A stretch of 64,000 nucleotides of DNA from Prochloron sp. SulCav_FS08_3_32_3330 (GCA_020721205.1 DYNF01000001.1:4419-68418); one strand, 5' to 3'; counted from the first letter of the stretch, positions 29,767 through 39,715 are shown. Notes: a model not told the origin generated them from the sequence alone. Numbers and translations are program-made.

Positions 29767-30600
29767 ATGAATTTACAAAATAATCTCTATTCCCATTTAC
29801 AACAAATAGTTAGAGAAAGAGACCCTTATCTGGCTTCTGAAGGGCATTTTTATGTCAAAGAATATATCCGTCAAGAGTTAGGAAAATATGGAGAAGTTAT
29901 CAATCATAACTTTGATTATAAGGGAAAAACTCATCAAAATTTAATCTTAGAAATTCCCGGAAAACAATCTTTAAAACCGATTATTATTGGCGCACATTAT
30001 GATGGAGTGATTGGCTCTCCCGCCGCCGATGATAATGCTTCAGCAGTGGCGGTTTTATTAGAATTAGCAAGGTTTTTTAGTGCAAATAACCTTGATTATC
30101 CTTTAAGATTAATCGCCTTTGATTTAGAAGAATATGGCTTGATTGGTAGTCAATTTTATGCTAAATCTTTAAAAGAAAAAGGTGAAAAAATTAGATTAAT
30201 GTTATCTTTAGAAATGTTAGGATATTGTAACAATGAACCTCATAGTCAAAGTTATCCCACAGGTTTAGATCAATTTTATCCCAATACGGGTAATTTTATT
30301 GCGTTAGTAGGTAATATAAAAATTTTATTAGACTTAAAAAATTTAAGTGAAATTTTCAAAAAAAATGAAATGCCTTGTGAAATTTTACCCGTACCTTTTC
30401 GGGGTTTACCAGTATTTGAAACTCGTTTAAGTGATCATGCTTCTTTTTGGGATGAAGGCTATCCGGCTTTAATGGTGACGGATACAGCTTTTCTTCGTAA
30501 TCCTAATTATCATAAAGCAAGTGATACAATTGAAACCTTAGATTTAGATTTTTTAACTAAAGTTTGTCAAGGATTAATTGAAGGTTTAAAAAGTTTATGA
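29767..30600 (+). CDS. M28 family metallopeptidase
   Basis: IGAHYDG, AADDNASAVA, FDLEEYGL, SLEMLGY, SDH, YH. Confidence 0.9.
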   Translation: MNLQNNLYSHLQQIVRERDPYLASEGHFYVKEYIRQELGKYGEVINHNFDYKGKTHQNLILEIPGKQSLKPIIIGAHYDGVIGSPAADDNASAVAVLLELARFFSANNLDYPLRLIAFDLEEYGLIGSQFYAKSLKEKGEKIRLMLSLEMLGYCNNEPHSQSYPTGLDQFYPNTGNFIALVGNIKILLDLKNLSEIFKKNEMPCEILPVPFRGLPVFETRLSDHASFWDEGYPALMVTDTAFLRNPNYHKASDTIETLDLDFLTKVCQGLIEGLKSL

Positions 30601-30632
30601 TCCCAAAAAATTTAACCAGCATTGAACTAAAG

Positions 30633-30809
30633 CAGGGTGTTTTCATTCTTCTGAATGCAACGGGTTGAAACCCGTTGCTACATAAGCAAAACCTGCCTAC
30701 GCAGGTTTAATTTTTTAAAGATTAATCCTAAAACCCGGGTCGCCCGTGGTTTTGTTTGGGTAGCAACGGGTTTTAACCCGTTGCAAAAAAAAAGAATGAA
30801 AACACCATG
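30633..30809 (-). mobile_element. MITE-1, inverted copy, inserted in a family B hairpin
   Basis: TIRs CAGGGTGTTTTCATTC / GAATGAAAACACCATG; flanks GAACTAAAG / GAACTTAAG; empty site CATTGAAC-TAAA-GTTCAATG. Confidence 0.85.
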
Positions 30810-30873
30810 GAACTTAAGTTCAATGGTAATAGCTATCGTCAACTAAAGTTGACTAAATCACTTTCAACGTGAT

Positions 30874-31692
30874 CTATTTTTTGCTAATTTGAGTTAAAAT
30901 TTCTTGACACCAAGTTAAATATTTTTCGGGTAAATTAGGGATAATTTCCTGTTGATAATCAATACTATAATCATAACAGGCTCTTTCATAAATTAGGTTA
31001 AAAATTTCCTGTAAATTTAAGATTGCTTCTCCATCTTCTTGAGATAAAGGAATAGGAATTATTGGTAAAATATCGGGTAAATTAATGCCATATAAATCAG
31101 CTAAAGGACGTTTTTCAAATTTACTTACTAAAATTTGATAATCAAAGTTGACTTTTAAATTTTCAATCGGCATTTTTTCATGACTTCTTAATAAGTCAAT
31201 TTCCACAAAATGAGTAGAACTATTTAAAATATTTGCTCTTTTTTTGAGGTATTTATTTCTACCTTCTCCTTGACGTTTATTCACAGGAGATAATATTTCA
31301 ATCGCCGTAACTACATTCCCTTTTTCTAAATCAATTATTTCTATATAATTTTGTTTAATTTCTTCTTTTAAAGGTAAAGTTACTGTTAAAGCTTTAGTTT
31401 TTGTTTTTGGTTCTAAAACTGCCACATTAGAGGTATTATTTTGATTAGTTTTTGGCTCTTGTTTAGCATTAGTTTTGATCGTAACATCAGGAATCCCAAT
31501 TAATAATGAACTATTGCCATTATTATTACTATTATTAACTTGATAAATTCTTTGATCAATTTTAACTCGATATTTAGGGATTACTTGAGTCAATAATTCA
31601 TCAGCGATCGTCACGATTAAACGATCATGAAATTCTGACCAATTATAAGGATTTTCTAAAAAAGGATCCATTCCGGGAAAAGGTGAAGGCAT
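30874..31692 (-). CDS. DUF4058 family protein (PD-(D/E)XK-like)
   Basis: MPSPFPGMDPFLE, IPDV, VTAIEILSPVNK, HFVEIDLLR. Confidence 0.88.
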   Translation of the reverse strand: MPSPFPGMDPFLENPYNWSEFHDRLIVTIADELLTQVIPKYRVKIDQRIYQVNNSNNNGNSSLLIGIPDVTIKTNAKQEPKTNQNNTSNVAVLEPKTKTKALTVTLPLKEEIKQNYIEIIDLEKGNVVTAIEILSPVNKRQGEGRNKYLKKRANILNSSTHFVEIDLLRSHEKMPIENLKVNFDYQILVSKFEKRPLADLYGINLPDILPIIPIPLSQEDGEAILNLQEIFNLIYERACYDYSIDYQQEIIPNLPEKYLTWCQEILTQISKK

Positions 31693-31861
31693 AATTTTAA
31701 CTCCTTATTTTTAAGATATTTACATTATAACTATTCTATCAAAATCCCCGCCTTTAAAAAAAAACGGGGATTTAAGACTGATTTGAGAAAATTTAAAAAA
31801 AATTTGCTAAAAGACTTCCCTTTTAGCAAAATATCTGTTATGATGATAAAACTTCCTTCTT

Positions 31862-31948
31862 GGAGAGGTGGCTGAGTGGTTGAAAGCGGCATCCTGCTAA
31901 GATGTTGACCTCGTAAGGGGTCCGAGGGTTCAAATCCCTCCCTCTCCG
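31862..31948 (+). tRNA. tRNA-Ser(GCT)
   Basis: Acceptor GGAGAGG/CCTCTCC+G, anticodon loop CT-GCT-AA, long variable arm, GGTTCAAATCC T-loop; CCA not encoded. Confidence 0.96.
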
Positions 31949-32079
31949 TTTCAAAAATAAAATATTTCCACACCTAAAACTTCGGCAGTTTCTAAAACTT
32001 CCGAAGTTTTAACACATTTTCAGACAAAAAATAGGTAACATTAAGAAATGTAAACTTATTGTTAGGAATTATAAAGTCT

Positions 32080-32868
32080 GTGATTGAACTATACCAATTT
32101 GAATTTTCTCAATATTGCGAAAAAATCCGCCTAATCCTTGATTACAAGGGTTTAGAATATCGTAAAATTGAGGTAACGCCGGGGGTAGGACAAATTGAAC
32201 TATTCCAAAAATACGGTTATCGTCAAGTTCCCATTTTAAAAGATGGGGAAACCATCGTTAAAGATTCCACGGAAATCGCTTTTTATTTGGATCGTCAATA
32301 TCCCGATCGCCCTCTGATTCCCACTGATCCTCTGAAAAAAGGACAATGTTTATTAATGGAAGAATGGGCTGATGAATCCCTTGGTAATAAAGGAAGAATC
32401 GCATTTTTCGGAGCTTTAAACAAATACCCTAATCTCCGTACATCCATTTTACCCGATAATATTCCCAGTATTATTAAAAATATTGTCGGGGCTGTACCCT
32501 CTGAATTATTAAATATTTTAGGGACGGGAGTAGGCTGTAATAATGATGGTTTTAATGAGGCAATGAAAGGCTTAAAACAGGATTTAGAGGCTTTAAGTTT
32601 AATTTTAAAAGAACGCCCCTATTTAATCTGTGATCAGCCTACTTTAGCGGATTTAACCGTTGCTGGGTTAAGTATGTTACTTAAATTTCCGACGGATTCT
32701 TATTTAGATATACCTGAAGATTTGAAAGGAAAAGGCATACCCGGATTAGCTGATAATAGCGATTATGAGCCTTTCTTTAAATGGCGCGATCGTCTATATC
32801 GAGATTTTCGTCAATCTGGTGCCACCCCCCCTCCTAACTCCTCTCCTACATCTATTGAGATCGAGTAA
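32080..32868 (+). CDS. Glutathione S-transferase family protein
   Basis: ELYQFEFSQYCEKIR, QVPIL, DSTEIAFYLD, PTLADL; GTG start assumed. Confidence 0.9.
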   Translation: MIELYQFEFSQYCEKIRLILDYKGLEYRKIEVTPGVGQIELFQKYGYRQVPILKDGETIVKDSTEIAFYLDRQYPDRPLIPTDPLKKGQCLLMEEWADESLGNKGRIAFFGALNKYPNLRTSILPDNIPSIIKNIVGAVPSELLNILGTGVGCNNDGFNEAMKGLKQDLEALSLILKERPYLICDQPTLADLTVAGLSMLLKFPTDSYLDIPEDLKGKGIPGLADNSDYEPFFKWRDRLYRDFRQSGATPPPNSSPTSIEIE

Positions 32869-33076
32869 ATTTTGATTCCTCCTGACACAGGCATCTTGCC
32901 TGTGTCTTCCAAAGATCAGTAATGAGAATTAATATTATTAAGAATTTGATATTTTGTAACATTTCATAATATGATAAAAGTAAAGCAATTGGTTTAGCAT
33001 AGTCATTCTTCAAAGATTGATCAAAAAGCCATAATTATCATTAACCATATTTAATTGAATAAAAAGGGGGTGAGAA

Positions 33077-33433
33077 ATGTTGCATAACATTAAAGATCAA
33101 CAAGACCACTTATTAGTAGATTTAGCAGAAAATATTGTGGCACAAACTACTATTCCTATAACTCACCATGCGGCACTAAGAGCAGGTTTTGCCGGATATC
33201 CAGTCAATCCTCGGTGGTGTGTGACTAAGTTTCAAGCGTGGAAAACGGGACAAAAATGGCAAGAAGCACTCCAAAAAGGAGAGATGATTATTCGATCGCA
33301 GGATCAAATGTTAGTCTCAAATAATCAAGAACAAGAAATCAGAAAAGAAGAATCTCGATCTACAGAATGTTTTAAGTTCTCAGTTTGGGCAAAACAATTA
33401 GTTAGTCATCAATTATCAATAATTAGTCATTAG
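33077..33433 (+). CDS. Hypothetical protein
   Basis: 118-aa ORF with GGGGGTG RBS-like sequence; family not recognised. Confidence 0.6.
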   Translation: MLHNIKDQQDHLLVDLAENIVAQTTIPITHHAALRAGFAGYPVNPRWCVTKFQAWKTGQKWQEALQKGEMIIRSQDQMLVSNNQEQEIRKEESRSTECFKFSVWAKQLVSHQLSIISH

Positions 33434-33508
33434 TATATGAAATACTCCCACCCGCTACGCGCTCGGTGGGATCTTCATTTAAAGAGATTCTATCATTAAC
33501 AGTTACCA

Positions 33509-33536
33509 GTAGGGGTTAACGGCAGTTAACCCCCTT
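33509..33536. repeat. GTAG-footed REP-like hairpin
   Basis: GTAGGGGTTAAC-GGCA-GTTAACCCC followed by a T-rich tract; a similar GTAG hairpin is at ~2406. Confidence 0.6.
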
Positions 33537-33747
33537 ATTTTTTTAAGAAATTGTAAAGAAATGTTACAATCATGCCATCAAAGTGGTTTAACATCTTGAC
33601 AGATTGAAAAAAAGTAGATAGAGTGTAAACACAAAGCTTCGGGATTACCGTTTATCCTTAAGTGGTATCTACTTAAGAACCAAAAAAAGTAGATAGGTCT
33701 AGTTTTTACTCTAGTTTTCCACAAGCGGTACTTAATATTTAAGTGAT

Positions 33748-34128
33748 ATGCAACATAAGCAAAAAGTCACACTTTACCTTCCCCCCGAACTTCATCGTCA
33801 GCTAAAAATTCGAGCGGCGGTGGATGCTACCTCCATGTCAACTCTTTTTGAAAAAGCGATTCATTTCTATCTCCATCATTCCGATGTGGTAGAAGAAACA
33901 GAACACTTAACAGGTCACACTACAGGTAAAACTTATCAAGTTCATACTTGTCCCGATTGTCAAAGTTCCTTCGTGATCAAAGATGGCGAAACTGTTTCTT
34001 TAAAAAATCAACCAAGCTTTCTCACAGACGAGTTTTCCTTAGAAGTAGCCCACTCAATTTCTCTCAAAGAACAAGGTTCAACTCCAGTTAAAACTCCAGT
34101 TGAAACTCAAAGTTCCATCGTTTACTAA
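33748..34128 (+). CDS. Ribbon-helix-helix-like protein with CxxC; first gene of the ycf46 operon (slr0373-like)
   Basis: KQKVTLYLPPELHRQLKIRAAVD, CPDC; synteny with ycf46/ycf35. Confidence 0.8.
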   Translation: MQHKQKVTLYLPPELHRQLKIRAAVDATSMSTLFEKAIHFYLHHSDVVEETEHLTGHTTGKTYQVHTCPDCQSSFVIKDGETVSLKNQPSFLTDEFSLEVAHSISLKEQGSTPVKTPVETQSSIVY

Positions 34129-34264
34129 TTTCTAACTTGCTCAAGTGTTACTCGATTCGTGTTGATTAATCTTCCTTACTTTCATTTAACTAGAATTTAT
34201 TTTAGATAATTTATTTTAGATAAATGATTATTTCCCTAATCTAAGAAGCTCTAACAGGACAGCT

Positions 34265-35869
34265 ATGAAAGAAGAGTTAAGTATCCTCATCAAAGCTCAA
34301 TACCCTCTTATTTATCTGGTCACATCAGAAGAAGAACGAGGTGAAGATGCGATCGCCAAGATTATCGAGAAAATAGAGGCTGACAAAGCTCCGAAAAAAG
34401 CTCCTAAAAATACTGAAAGATTATCTGAAAGATTCTTAGAAGAACCTAATCCAGAAGGGGAATATTACCCGTATCGGAGAGTATTCACATGGACAGTTAC
34501 TCATGGCATGGTGGAATATGGTCAACCTCGCAATACCACCCAACACAATACCGTTTCCCCCGAAGCCGCTATTGAATGGGTGATCCGCCAAAAACAAGAC
34601 TCTATCTATATCTTTAAGGATATTCATCCTTTTATTGATTCTCCAGCAACGACTAGATGGTTGAGAGATGCGATCGCATCCTTCAAGGGTACGGAAAAAA
34701 TTATTATTTTGATGTCTCCTGTACAAACAGTTCCCATTGAACTGGAAAAAGAAGTAGTAGTTTTAGACTATCCCCTTCCCACTTTACAGGAATTAGATCA
34801 TGTACTGGATAAACAACTTAGTAAAACCAAACCCCGTCGTCTCAATCAAGAAGTGAAGGAAAAACTCTTAAAAGCCGCTTTAGGATTAACTAAAGATGAA
34901 GCCGAAAAAGTCTATCGAAAAGCCTTAGTACAAGCGGGACGTTTAACGGAGGGTGAAGTTGAGATTATTCTGTCTGAGAAAAAACAACTAATCCGACGCA
35001 ATGGCATTTTAGAATACATCGAAGAAGATGAAACTATTGAGGCGATCGGCGGTTTAGAAGAAATCAAACATTGGCTCAGACAACGCTCAAACGCCTTTAC
35101 GGAAAGGGCAAGGGCTTACGGATTACCCCAACCTAAAGGAATGCTGATTTTAGGAGTTCCCGGATGCGGAAAATCCTTAATCGCTAAAACCACCTCTCGC
35201 CTCTGGGGTTTACCCCTCTTAAGGTTAGATATGGGGCGAGTTTACGACGGTTCAATGGTGGGACGCTCAGAAGCTAATTTACGAAATGCTCTGAAAACCG
35301 CCGAATCTATTTCCCCCGCAATCTTATTTATTGATGAGTTAGATAAATCCTTTGCAGGGGGAACAGGCTCCGCCGATTCCGACGGTGGCACATCAAGCCG
35401 GATCTTTGGTTCATTTTTAACTTGGATGCAGGAAAAAACCTCCCCCGTGTTTGTGATGGCAACAGCGAACCGAGTGGATCGCCTTCCGGGAGAGTTCCTC
35501 AGAAAAGGCAGATTTGACGAAATCTTTTTTGTAGATTTACCAAGTTCAGAAGAAAGGCAAGACATTTTCAGGATCCATTTACATAAACGAAGACCAGAAG
35601 AAATGAATCGTTTTGACTTGGAGCAACTTGCTAAGACGAGCGATGGTTTTTCCGGTGCCGAGATTGAACAGGCTATTATCGCCGCAATGTATGAAGCCTT
35701 TGCACAGGATCGGGAGTTTACCCAGTTAGATATTATTTCTGCGGTAAAATCAACCCTTCCCTTATCTCGCACCATGACAGAACAGGTCAGCGCCCTCAGA
35801 GACTGGGCAAGACAGAGGGCAAGACCTGCTTCTGCCTCCGTTGCTGAATATCAGCGAATGGAGTTTTAA
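34265..35869 (+). CDS. ycf46: Ycf46-family AAA ATPase (slr0374-like)
   Basis: AQYPLIYLVTSEEER, GVPGCGKS, IDELDK, RKGRFDEIFFVDLP. Confidence 0.92.
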   Translation: MKEELSILIKAQYPLIYLVTSEEERGEDAIAKIIEKIEADKAPKKAPKNTERLSERFLEEPNPEGEYYPYRRVFTWTVTHGMVEYGQPRNTTQHNTVSPEAAIEWVIRQKQDSIYIFKDIHPFIDSPATTRWLRDAIASFKGTEKIIILMSPVQTVPIELEKEVVVLDYPLPTLQELDHVLDKQLSKTKPRRLNQEVKEKLLKAALGLTKDEAEKVYRKALVQAGRLTEGEVEIILSEKKQLIRRNGILEYIEEDETIEAIGGLEEIKHWLRQRSNAFTERARAYGLPQPKGMLILGVPGCGKSLIAKTTSRLWGLPLLRLDMGRVYDGSMVGRSEANLRNALKTAESISPAILFIDELDKSFAGGTGSADSDGGTSSRIFGSFLTWMQEKTSPVFVMATANRVDRLPGEFLRKGRFDEIFFVDLPSSEERQDIFRIHLHKRRPEEMNRFDLEQLAKTSDGFSGAEIEQAIIAAMYEAFAQDREFTQLDIISAVKSTLPLSRTMTEQVSALRDWARQRARPASASVAEYQRMEF

Positions 35870-36004
35870 CAGTCTTTCACTTGTAGCGTTTCGCTATTCA
35901 AATGAAAGGTTAGTCTAATGATAATTTAATTATTCTGACTAACAATCTTTAATTAAAATACATTTTCTTTGTTGTTGTTTAATTTTTTATTGGAGGAAAT
36001 CCCA

Positions 36005-36355
36005 ATGTCTCACTTTAGCACCCTTCGTACCAAAATCACCGATGCAGAAATTTTAAAATCTTCTTTGCGTGATCTCGGTATTAATGTACAAACCAACGCT
36101 GATGTTCGTGGCTATAATGGTCAAGAAATCCGAGCAGACATCGTTGCGATGCTTGAAGGTGAATATGATCTCGGTTGGTCTGCTAATAGCGATGGTTCAT
36201 TTGATCTAATTGCCGATCTATGGGGAGTTGCCAAAAAGCACAATCAAACCGAGTTAATCAACTCTATTAACCAAAAATACGCCGTTAATAAAACTTTAGC
36301 TGAAGTTAAGCTACGGGGTTTACAAAATGCTAACGTCAAGTTATGCGTTCAATAA
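36005..36355 (+). CDS. ycf35: Ycf35 / DUF1257 protein
   Basis: MSHFSTLRTKI, VRGYNG, YDLGW, LIADLW, INQKYA. Confidence 0.92.
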   Translation: MSHFSTLRTKITDAEILKSSLRDLGINVQTNADVRGYNGQEIRADIVAMLEGEYDLGWSANSDGSFDLIADLWGVAKKHNQTELINSINQKYAVNKTLAEVKLRGLQNANVKLCVQ

Positions 36356-36432
36356 TTTTTGTTTGATTGAACAAAAATTTAAAATAAACTCAAAGAAAAG
36401 TCATTGATAAAACTTAAATACGTTCCCAAACT

Positions 36433-36466
36433 AGGGGTAAACCGATTTCTGGTTGCCCCTTTTTTG
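36433..36466 (+). terminator. Intrinsic terminator of the ycf46 operon
   Basis: AGGGGTAAACC-GATTTCT-GGTTGCCCCT followed by a T run. Confidence 0.7.
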
Positions 36467-36473
36467 TTTGTTT

Positions 36474-36556
36474 AAGACTTACGCAAAAATATGTCCTTGG
36501 CGACGAGAGGAAGCAATCTAAAACCTTGATTTTTCGTTAAAATGGGTAAGTTCCTG
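36474..36556. mobile_element. Degenerate MITE-like remnant
   Basis: Imperfect inverted ends AAGACTTACGCA / TGGGTAAGTTCCT. Confidence 0.45.
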
Positions 36557-36631
36557 ATTACTTGTAACTGGTATGATAATGTTAAAACAAAATTAACAAA
36601 AATTTATTCTTTTTTGATTGTAATTAAAATT

Positions 36632-37438
36632 ATGACTTTATCATTGAAAACAGAAATGTTTAAAACTCAATTTTTTCGTTATTGGGAACTTTTACACGTC
36701 TTAGTCGAAAGAAATTTAAAAGGACGTTATCGAGGGTCATTTTTAGGGGTATACTGGTCATTATTAAACCCTTTAATTATGACAGGAATTTATACAGCAA
36801 TTTTTGGAGCCACTTTTGCTTCTTATTATAATAATTCTACAATTGATTATGTTTTAGCGGCTTTTACCGGATTAGTTGTCATTAATTTTTATTCTGCTTC
36901 CACCTCTCAAGCTTTATCCAGTGTAGTAGGAAACGGGGCATTATTAAATAAAATAAAATTACCTGTAAGTGTGTTTCCTGTATCAATGATCACCGCTAAT
37001 ATTTTTCAATTTTGTGTAGGAATGTTACCCTTATTAATAATCGTAACATTAATCCGTTCTCACAGTATAATTAATGCAATTTTTCTCATCTTTCCCTTTG
37101 GTGCATTATGTTTATTTTGTGCAGGAGTAGGATTTTTTGTAAGTGCTTTATATGTATTTTTTCGAGATTTACCTTATTTTTATGAATTAGTTACCTTTGT
37201 GATGTGGTTTAGCTCTCCTGTATTTTATCCAGCAGAAATTGTACCCGATCAAATTAAACCTTTTTTAGGATTAAATCCCCTATCTCCTATTATTGAAAGT
37301 TTACGACAAATTGCCTTAAAAAATGATTTACCAAGCTTTACTTTAATTGCCCATAGTTGGTTAAGTGGTATTATATTTTTAACCATCGGTTTTATTTTTT
37401 TTCGTTGGTCTAAACCTAAATTTATGGATTTATTATAA
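36632..37438 (+). CDS. wzm: Polysaccharide ABC exporter permease
   Basis: RNLKGRYRGSFLGVYWSLLNPL, FFRDL, SPVFYP, LNPL. Confidence 0.92.
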   Translation: MTLSLKTEMFKTQFFRYWELLHVLVERNLKGRYRGSFLGVYWSLLNPLIMTGIYTAIFGATFASYYNNSTIDYVLAAFTGLVVINFYSASTSQALSSVVGNGALLNKIKLPVSVFPVSMITANIFQFCVGMLPLLIIVTLIRSHSIINAIFLIFPFGALCLFCAGVGFFVSALYVFFRDLPYFYELVTFVMWFSSPVFYPAEIVPDQIKPFLGLNPLSPIIESLRQIALKNDLPSFTLIAHSWLSGIIFLTIGFIFFRWSKPKFMDLL

Positions 37439-37498
37439 ACATACATAATAGGAATATGTAAGAATTTAATAAGATTAAATCCTTACAATCACCTAATA

Positions 37499-37732
37499 TT
37501 AAATACTATCAGGATCTATTCCCATTTCTTTTAATTTATCAGCTAATTTTTGTACTTTTGTTTCAGCTTGATCTGCTCTTGTTTGAGCTTGTTGAGCCTC
37601 AAAATGAGTTTAAAACCTCGTCCTTGACAGCTTTGTTTTTTAGGTTTAACAAAAAAACGTGGTATTTTCTTTTTTGTTTGTTAAAATTTTAACATCCCCA
37701 TATAAGTTTGCGATAACAAATTTAGAATCTAA
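37499..37732 (-). pseudogene. Two Uma2/DUF820-like C-terminal fragments
   Basis: 37499-37620 reads TRF*THFEAQQAQTRADQAETKVQKLADKLKEMGIDPDSI*; ~37650-37732 reads LDSKFVIANLYGDVKIL. Confidence 0.55.
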
Positions 37733-37827
37733 CCTTAGAAATGTTAGGATTAGAACCAGACTGCAAAAATTAAAGTTTAAAAGTATTACCCACAGAATCA
37801 GTTGACACTTATCTCACAATTTTATAA
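37733..37827 (+). pseudogene. Degenerate 3' end of the protease gene, upstream of the array
   Basis: LEMLGLEPDCKN*SLKVLPTESVDTYLTIL*. Confidence 0.85.
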
Positions 37828-37846
37828 TAATAACAGGGAAATTATT

Positions 37847-38299
37847 ATGACTTCAATACTTAATTTATCTCAAAAAGTTATGGGCAAAGTACACACAAAA
37901 TTAACAATTATTAATCGTGGTGATCAAATTCGTGCTAAAGATGGCACAATTACTGAAGACAAAATTAGATCTGTCACTTTAGATAGAGTTTTAGTAGATA
38001 CAGGGGCGACTACTCTTTGTTTACCTCCTGAAATTATCGCTAAATTAGGACTAGAATTACTCAAAGAAGTAGATGTCGCCACTGCTATGGGTATTGGGAA
38101 AGCCCGTATTTTCAGAGATGCTACTATTTCTCTTTACGGTAGAGAAGGCACTTTTGAATGTTTAGAGTTACCCGGAGGAAGGGATCCCCTATTAGGTGTA
38201 ATTCCTTTAGAAATGTTAGGATTAGAACCAGATTTAAAAAATCAAAGTTTAAAAGTGTTACCCACAGAATCAGTTGACACTTATCTCACAATTTTATAA
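37847..38299 (+). CDS. Retropepsin-like (clan AA) aspartyl protease, copy 1
   Basis: Catalytic VLVDTGATT and C-terminal LLGVIPLE; AGGGA RBS. Confidence 0.9.
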   Translation: MTSILNLSQKVMGKVHTKLTIINRGDQIRAKDGTITEDKIRSVTLDRVLVDTGATTLCLPPEIIAKLGLELLKEVDVATAMGIGKARIFRDATISLYGREGTFECLELPGGRDPLLGVIPLEMLGLEPDLKNQSLKVLPTESVDTYLTIL

Positions 38300-38318
38300 T
38301 AATAACAGGGAAATTATT

Positions 38319-38771
38319 ATGACTTCAATACTTAATTTATCTCAAAAAGTTATGGGCAAAGTACACACAAAATTAACAATTATTAATCGTGGTGATCAAA
38401 TTCGTGCTAAAGATGGCACAATTACTGAAGACAAAATTAGATCTGTCACTTTAGATAGAGTTTTAGTAGATACAGGGGCGACTACTCTTTGTTTACCTCC
38501 TGAAATTATCGCTAAATTAGGACTAGAATTACTCAAAGAAGTAGATGTCGCCACTGCTATGGGTATTGGGAAAGCCCGTATTTTCAGAGATGCTACTATT
38601 TCTCTTTACGGTAGAGAAGGCACTTTTGAATGTTTAGAGTTACCCGGAGGAAGGGATCCCCTATTAGGTGTAATTCCTTTAGAAATGTTAGGATTAGAAC
38701 CAGATTTAAAAAATCAAAGTTTAAAAGTGTTACCCACAGAATCAGTTGACACTTATCTCACAATTTTATAA
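38319..38771 (+). CDS. Retropepsin-like aspartyl protease, copy 2
   Basis: Protein identical to copy 1. Confidence 0.9.
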   Translation: MTSILNLSQKVMGKVHTKLTIINRGDQIRAKDGTITEDKIRSVTLDRVLVDTGATTLCLPPEIIAKLGLELLKEVDVATAMGIGKARIFRDATISLYGREGTFECLELPGGRDPLLGVIPLEMLGLEPDLKNQSLKVLPTESVDTYLTIL

Positions 38772-38790
38772 TAATAACAGGGAAATTATT

Positions 38791-39243
38791 ATGACTTCAA
38801 TACTTAATTTATCTCAAAAAGTTATGGGCAAAGTACACACAAAATTAACAATTATTAATCGTGGTGATCAAATTCGTGCTAAAGATGGCACAATTACTGA
38901 AGACAAAATTAGATCTGTCACTTTAGATAGAGTTTTAGTAGATACAGGGGCGACTACTCTTTGTTTACCTCCTGAAATTATCGCTAAATTAGGACTAGAA
39001 TTACTCAAAGAAGTAGATGTCGCCACTGCTATGGGTATTGGGAAAGCCCGTATTTTCAGAGATGCTACTATTTCTCTTTACGGTAGAGAAGGCACTTTTG
39101 AATGTTTAGAGTTACCCGGAGGAAGGGATCCCCTATTAGGTGTAATTCCTTTAGAAATGTTAGGATTAGAACCAGATTTAAAAAATCAAAGTTTAAAAGT
39201 GTTACCCACAGAATCAGTTGACACTTATCTCACAATTTTATAA
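38791..39243 (+). CDS. Retropepsin-like aspartyl protease, copy 3
   Basis: Protein identical to copy 1. Confidence 0.9.
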   Translation: MTSILNLSQKVMGKVHTKLTIINRGDQIRAKDGTITEDKIRSVTLDRVLVDTGATTLCLPPEIIAKLGLELLKEVDVATAMGIGKARIFRDATISLYGREGTFECLELPGGRDPLLGVIPLEMLGLEPDLKNQSLKVLPTESVDTYLTIL

Positions 39244-39262
39244 TAATAACAGGGAAATTATT

Positions 39263-39715
39263 ATGACTTCAATACTTAATTTATCTCAAAAAGTTATGGG
39301 CAAAGTACACACAAAATTAACAATTATTAATCGTGGTGATCAAATTCGTGCTAAAGATGGCACAATTACTGAAGACAAAATTAGATCTGTCACTTTAGAT
39401 AGAGTTTTAGTAGATACAGGGGCGACTACTCTTTGTTTACCTCCTGAAATTATCGCTAAATTAGGACTAGAATTACTCAAAGAAGTAGATGTCGCCACTG
39501 CTATGGGTATTGGGAAAGCCCGTATTTTCAGAGATGCTACTATTTCTCTTTACGGTAGAGAAGGCACTTTTGAATGTTTAGAGTTACCCGGAGGAAGGGA
39601 TCCCCTATTAGGTGTAATTCCCTTAGAAATGTTAGGATTAGAACCAGATTTAAAAAATCAAAGCTTAAAAGTGTTACCATCGGAATCAGTTGACACTTAT
39701 CTCACCATCTTATAA
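39263..39715 (+). CDS. Retropepsin-like aspartyl protease, copy 4
   Basis: One T>S substitution plus several silent changes near the 3' end. Confidence 0.9.
   Translation: MTSILNLSQKVMGKVHTKLTIINRGDQIRAKDGTITEDKIRSVTLDRVLVDTGATTLCLPPEIIAKLGLELLKEVDVATAMGIGKARIFRDATISLYGREGTFECLELPGGRDPLLGVIPLEMLGLEPDLKNQSLKVLPSESVDTYLTIL

Larger units (their letters stand above)
37733..39715 (+). repeat. Tandem array, 472-bp period, about 4.2 units
   Basis: ORF starts and ends offset by exactly 472 bp; units 1-3 appear identical, unit 4 differs only in the last ~100 bp. Confidence 0.97.

Noticed and set aside
30655-30846. 63-aa ORF
   Set aside because: Lies almost wholly within MITE-1.
31731-31973. 80-aa minus-strand ORF
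   Set aside because: Antisense to tRNA-Ser.
31862-33500. tRNA-anchored integrative element
   Set aside because: No integrase and no duplicated tRNA 3' end seen in the window.
33551-33570. NtcA box upstream of the ycf46 operon
   Set aside because: Spacing is GTA-N9-TAC; it may be an HLR1-like repeat but is too weak to call.
35242-35775. 177-aa antisense ORF, and similar short shadow ORFs at 756, 1646, 6180, 11772, 12383, 17996, 19413, 26490, 34436, 37249, 43694, 51338, 56307, 57102, 58553
   Set aside because: They overlap well-supported genes and show no recognisable motifs.
37802-37846. 15-aa N-terminal extension of the protease ORFs (TTG start)
   Set aside because: Overlaps the previous unit's 3' end; the RBS sits before ATG 37847.
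37733-39715. Integron cassette array, retroelement or DGR
   Set aside because: No attC-like sites, integrase, reverse transcriptase or adenine-specific variation; the copies are near-identical.
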